A stretch of DNA of 64,000 nt from Guillardia theta CCMP2712 (taxonomy: Eukaryota > Protista > Cryptophyta): positions 360,878 through 424,877 of the forward strand of contig NW_005434661.1 of the NCBI RefSeq assembly GCF_000315625.1. The letters are read 5' to 3'. The position numbers and the translations under genes are program-made. Position 1 is the stretch's first letter. The number at the start of each line of letters is the position of its first letter. The notes beneath the pieces were generated by a model, which was given only the letters and a program-made list of their open reading frames with translations, had not been told where the DNA came from and made no database searches. This document shows, in pieces, positions 59,601 through 64,000 of this stretch.

Positions 59601-59983
59601 AAGACCTCAAAGACGAACGTCGCTGCTCTGTACTTCTGATTCCTCACCACATTGGGAACGGCGAAACCAGCCACAAACCCTTCCTCATGCAGAACGTTCT
59701 CTTTCAGCTTGCCGTTCTGTGAGTAGAGGTTGCACCCGTTCATAGGGATGATCCTCGGCTGATGGTGATCCTCCTTCCTTGATGCGAACATCCTCAGCCA
59801 TGTCCTTGGATTCAGGAGCTGATAAAAGGCTCGCCGACCGGCCTTCCCGAGGTGCTCCCCTGACCTGAGAGGGGTGCTCTCGTCGTCATCGGAGCTTTCG
59901 TACACGTCCCTCCTCCCTGATGATCGCCGATGCGACTTGTTCAGCAACTCAATGTCACCGGCATCGTTGGCGTGACGGAACAT
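56696..59983 (-). CDS. ATP9: P4-type ATPase phospholipid flippase, class 2 (ATP9/NEO1); uninterrupted ORF extends to 60067
   Basis: [91 protein letters not shown]. Confidence 0.95.
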   Translation of the reverse strand: [1095 protein letters not shown]

Positions 59984-60905
59984 CCTCTTTGAAATAGTCC
60001 TGCTGAAGGTGAAGGAGGACAGTTTGAATATTTGAGTGAGTGACTCCAGCAAGTCAAGAGGCTCCAAACAACCTCGAGCAACGAGGAGATCAGCTTGAGC
60101 GATAAAAATTTACAGTCAAGTGGCAGATCATCTCCTTACAGCAAGTCCTTGAAAATCTCCAAAGCAGAAGAAACGAGAGCAAAGAATAAGGAGGAAACGA
60201 GGTGAAGATCGTGGAGGATGGGAGAGAGGAGAGTTAGAAGAGTTTGGGTGGGAGAGGCAAGAGGAGGAGGAGGATGAGGATGAGGAGGAGGAGGAGGAGG
60301 AGGAGGAGGAGGAGGAGGCAACTCGACCTGTCGCCGCTATCTCATGGGGTCCACCAGGAGACTGCCCTGTAGCATGAGAGGGGAGAATCAAAATTAAAAT
60401 GTTGTAAAATACATCATACCACCAACTTGTACCTTCAAATAATAATATTGTTATTCTCAACAAATTAAAAATATCAATATATTATTGTATTGCCGTAATT
60501 ATAAATTTTTCCATATTTCTTTGAAAAACGTTTTAAGATGTCGGGGCAACGGAAGTGCGAAAATTCACGGACAGGGTGGCGGCTGAGCTGGGGAGGATAG
60601 CCGCGGGATCAGGAGCAGCCTGGCCAGGATGGTTGAGTTCCAACAAGTAGATATGCTGCAGTATGGACGAGAGTCAGTGTGGGCAGAAAGAGAGGGAAGA
60701 GAGGAGGGGATGAAGCAACTAAAGTGAGGAGCATTTTCAAGGAAAGTGAAGAACTGTGGGATTATATCTATACAGGGGTGGAAGATTCACTACTAAACTT
60801 CGATGTTATGCTGCCTTATTGTTGCAGCTCGTGTCCTCACATGATTAATTTTTACTTTTGAACCTCTAACTTCGAATTTGGTGCTGCAGAATTGATGAAG
60901 CCATA

Positions 60906-63900
60906 ATGGGTGGGGGAGGAGCAGGTAAGGGAACGATGGAAGGCTTGACTCGCTCCTCTTCCATCTCAGCAAAAGCACAACTTCTATCCCAAGACGATCA
61001 GAAAAGGGTGGCGAGTCTTGAATCGAAAATCGCTGAGCAGAAGAAAGAGATTGAGAACCGCGATATCACAATCAAGGCGATACAAAGGAACTTCGAGCAA
61101 CTCTCCACTCTCTGTCAACAAGACAAAGAGCAACTGCAACGACTGCAGAAGACGTTAGCGGAGGCAGAGAGTCGAGCAGTGGATGATGAGACGAAGAGGA
61201 AGGCGGAGAAATACCCGCAGCTGAAGGAAGCCTTCGATTCGCTCAACCAATCTTACGTGGAGGCCGAAGCCAAGATTGAGAAGATGCGGCAACAGACCGT
61301 CGAGCAATCCGGGAGCTTGCAGAACCTTGAATCAGTCAAGAGGTCTCTCATGCAAGAGGTGAAGCTCGTCTGCCTTCCGCTTCCTTCTTTGAGCGCGTCT
61401 GCACTTGGGCAGGTCGAGGCAGGGAGGAAGAGCCTGCAGGAGGCCAAGACTCTGCTGAGCGAGTCTCAGGCGCGGGCCAAAACGTGAGGAAGGGAGGGGA
61501 GGGCTCCGTGCTGTTGCTGAGATGCTGCAGGCTCGAGAGCAAGATCGCAGCGTATGAGAAGGAGGTGGCCGAGCAGAAGGATGCGAACAAACTGCTCTCA
61601 CGCAGCAAGTGAACTCTCCTCTCCTCCCGCGTGGCCGCTCGTGTGACGTCGATGGTAGGATGGAGCAGGAGAAGGTGGAGAAGGAGCTTCGATCGGATGT
61701 CTCCAGACTGCAGGCCCAGGTGCGCGATCGAGAGAGGAGGAGGAGGCAGCGATGGGACTGTGAGGGGTGTTGGGGGGAGGAGGAGGAGGAGAAGGAGGAG
61801 GAGGAGGAGGAGTCCTGCTGAGCTGTCATTTATCAGGTCACGCAAGCAAGCAAGGAGGAGCAGCAGTTGAAAAAGGAGCTGAAGTAGAGCAGAGGCGACT
61901 GCGGTGGCGGGACTGATGGAACGGCAGGGACTTGGGGGAAGCTCTGAGGGAGCTGGAGGGCAGCAAGAAAACCTCGAGCAGGTTGTGGGGGTGTAGGATG
62001 AATGTCTGCGAGTGAGAGATTGTCAGGTTGTCACAAGACTTGCAGAAAGCCCAAGAGACGTCAGAACTTCTTAAGAAACAAGTTGTTTGTTGTTGCATGT
62101 CGTCTGTTTTCTGTTGTTTCTTGTTTTGCTGTTTTTTTACATTGCCTTTGTTGTTCGCTTGTTGTCTGTTGTTTGATGCTGCTGTTGCTGTCATCTGCAT
62201 GATTGATGGTCGATTGATCTTAAACTTGAAACTATGGGATGGGAAGAGATTACGAGGATGTGATGATTATCGTTCCTTTGATGTCCATGAAGGCAATTTT
62301 CAAATGCTGCTGAACAAGGATTATCCAACCTTGAATGAGAGTTTCTGCAGGTTGCAGAGCTGCATGTGATGCTTGAGAAAGCGACATCACAAGTCTGTGT
62401 CCTCCTCCTCATCTTGCTCCTCCTCGTTCTCTCTCCCCATTCTTCTCATCCTTTGCTCTTCTTTCTCAACCTCTTTCATCGTATCACCTGAGTTTAGCTT
62501 TGTGCGCAGGCGGGCAAATCCAAGTCCGAGGTAACCAAGCTTGAAGGAGAGCTTTCAGCGTGTAAATCAGAAAAGGAAGTTTTGAGTGGCAAAGTATCAA
62601 TTCATCTCGCAACCATAATCCTCTTTTCTTTTTTTCTCCTCGCTCTGCTCTCGAAACTCCTCTCCTCTGATCTCCTTTTTCCTCCTCTCTCGAGCAACAT
62701 TTTGAGGAGTTGTCATGATGATTCTCTCTGTGTGAATGTTTTCATGTCATAGGTAGATGCTCTTTCCAAGGAGGTGGAGCAGTGGAGAGACAAGATGCTG
62801 AATGAAACCTCCAAGAGGAAGACAGCTGAGGCAGAGCTGGGGGAGCTGAAGAAGAGGATGGCAGACTTGAGAGAGGAGAAGGAGAGGGAGGAGAGGCAGG
62901 GAAGTGACATGAAACTTAGACTGGATGAGGGCGAGATGAAGGTTGTTGATCAGCACCTGATGTTCTCTCATTCATGTCCTTCCAGGTGAAAGACTTGCAA
63001 GCGAAGATCCACGAGCTCACGGTGAAAAGTGTATCGTCTGTTCGAAGTGGGGGTTGATTGCGATGCTATGATGATCAAATCAATGAGAAGGAGGACAAGA
63101 AAGGGAGCGCGGTGATTTTGTTGTTGATCTTGTTCGAGCAGAAGGAAGTTGAAAACAAGGATGTCAAACTCAAAGAAAGCGAGTCAACGATAAGCGGGTT
63201 ACAATTCTCAAATTCTCAGGTATTCCACCCTCCTCTCCTCTCCTCTCCTGCACATTTCCTCTTCGATCTTCTTGTCCTTACCTCCCTCTTCTCACTTCAA
63301 CCCTCAGATGGAATCAAAGATTGCGCACATGCAGGAGCAAATGGAGTTCTGGGATGAAGAGGTTTTCACCTCCTCCTTCCCTCACCTCCCCTTCTGCCCC
63401 CCCCCCTTCCTTCCTCTCTGCCTCCCCTTCTCCCACTTTCTCCTCACTCTTTCGAAGTCCAGCAAGATGAAAGAACGACTTCAAGCCTCCTCTGTTCGCA
63501 TCGACGAGCAGGAGAAGGAGCTTCGCAGGTCAGCTGCGGCTTTTTGCTGCTGCCGATGAGGGAGACGCAGGCTGAGGAAACAAGCCACCGATCTTGACGG
63601 GGCCAACGAGCAGGCGAACGCTGCGAGGATGGAGATCGAGGTGAAGGGCGGGGGAGAGGATCAGAGGGGAGGATGATAGTCTGCTGGAAGAGCCTACAGA
63701 GAAATCACTTGCTGCAACTGGAGGAGATGAAGAAGTCAAAGGACAAGCTGCAGAAGGTGTTTCTTCCTCCTCGACCCTGCCAGCGTTGACGGCAAGGCAG
63801 GAGCTGGACATGACGGATAGGGCGAGGGAGCGAACAGCGCAGGAGCTGGAGGCATCCAAGAAGAGAGTGGAGGTAGCAAGAGCGGAAGCATGCATCCTCT

Positions 63901-64000
63901 CAGCCCCGATGATTCGCCGCAGGAGGCCGAAGAAACCATCCGGTCATTGCAGGCTGGACAGTCAGGAATCGAAGAGATGCAGGCGCAGGTGTGTCGAGGT
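60906..64000 (+). CDS. Coiled-coil protein, many short exons, runs off the right edge
   Basis: MGGGGAGKGTMEGL...RVASLESKIAEQKKEIENRDITIKAIQRNFEQLS, followed by in-frame heptad exons joined by GT-AG introns. Confidence 0.7.

Overview
Eukaryotic nuclear DNA, not prokaryotic. It is gene-dense and GC-rich, with many ~45-90 nt GT-AG introns that have weak donors and a CTGAC-like branch motif. Longer introns are filled with microsatellites such as (CCT)n, (GAGCAG)n, (CCCTG)n and (TTCTTG)n. This style suggests a cryptophyte alga such as Guillardia (inference). Splicing exons by eye gives about 22 genes: the first exon of an IFT54-like gene, a bacterial-type GH20 hexosaminidase, a PTPMT1-like phosphatase, a WD40 + TRAF-zinc-finger protein, a DUF1415-like protein spanning an N-gap, a Slo/BK-family K+ channel, a TRM9-like methyltransferase, a 73-aa peptide gene with a 3-nt microexon, an intronless TKL kinase, a Kelch+RCC1 protein, a PP2C, a PBZ + winged-helix-like protein, a coiled-coil+LRR protein, an ankyrin+TPR protein, a HEAT-repeat protein, DRC9/IQCG, an ATP9/NEO1 flippase and several coiled-coil or hypothetical proteins. 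The most notable signals are (1) recurrent upstream/divergent intergenic blocks that share exact 11-14-mers and GTAC-centred palindromes, a candidate cis-regulatory grammar, (2) the 3-nt microexon peptide gene, (3) an SVGYG selectivity filter in a Slo channel with no calcium bowl, and (4) several unusual domain fusions. No rRNA, tRNA, CRISPR array or recognisable transposase was seen. Gene boundaries are manual and approximate where stated.
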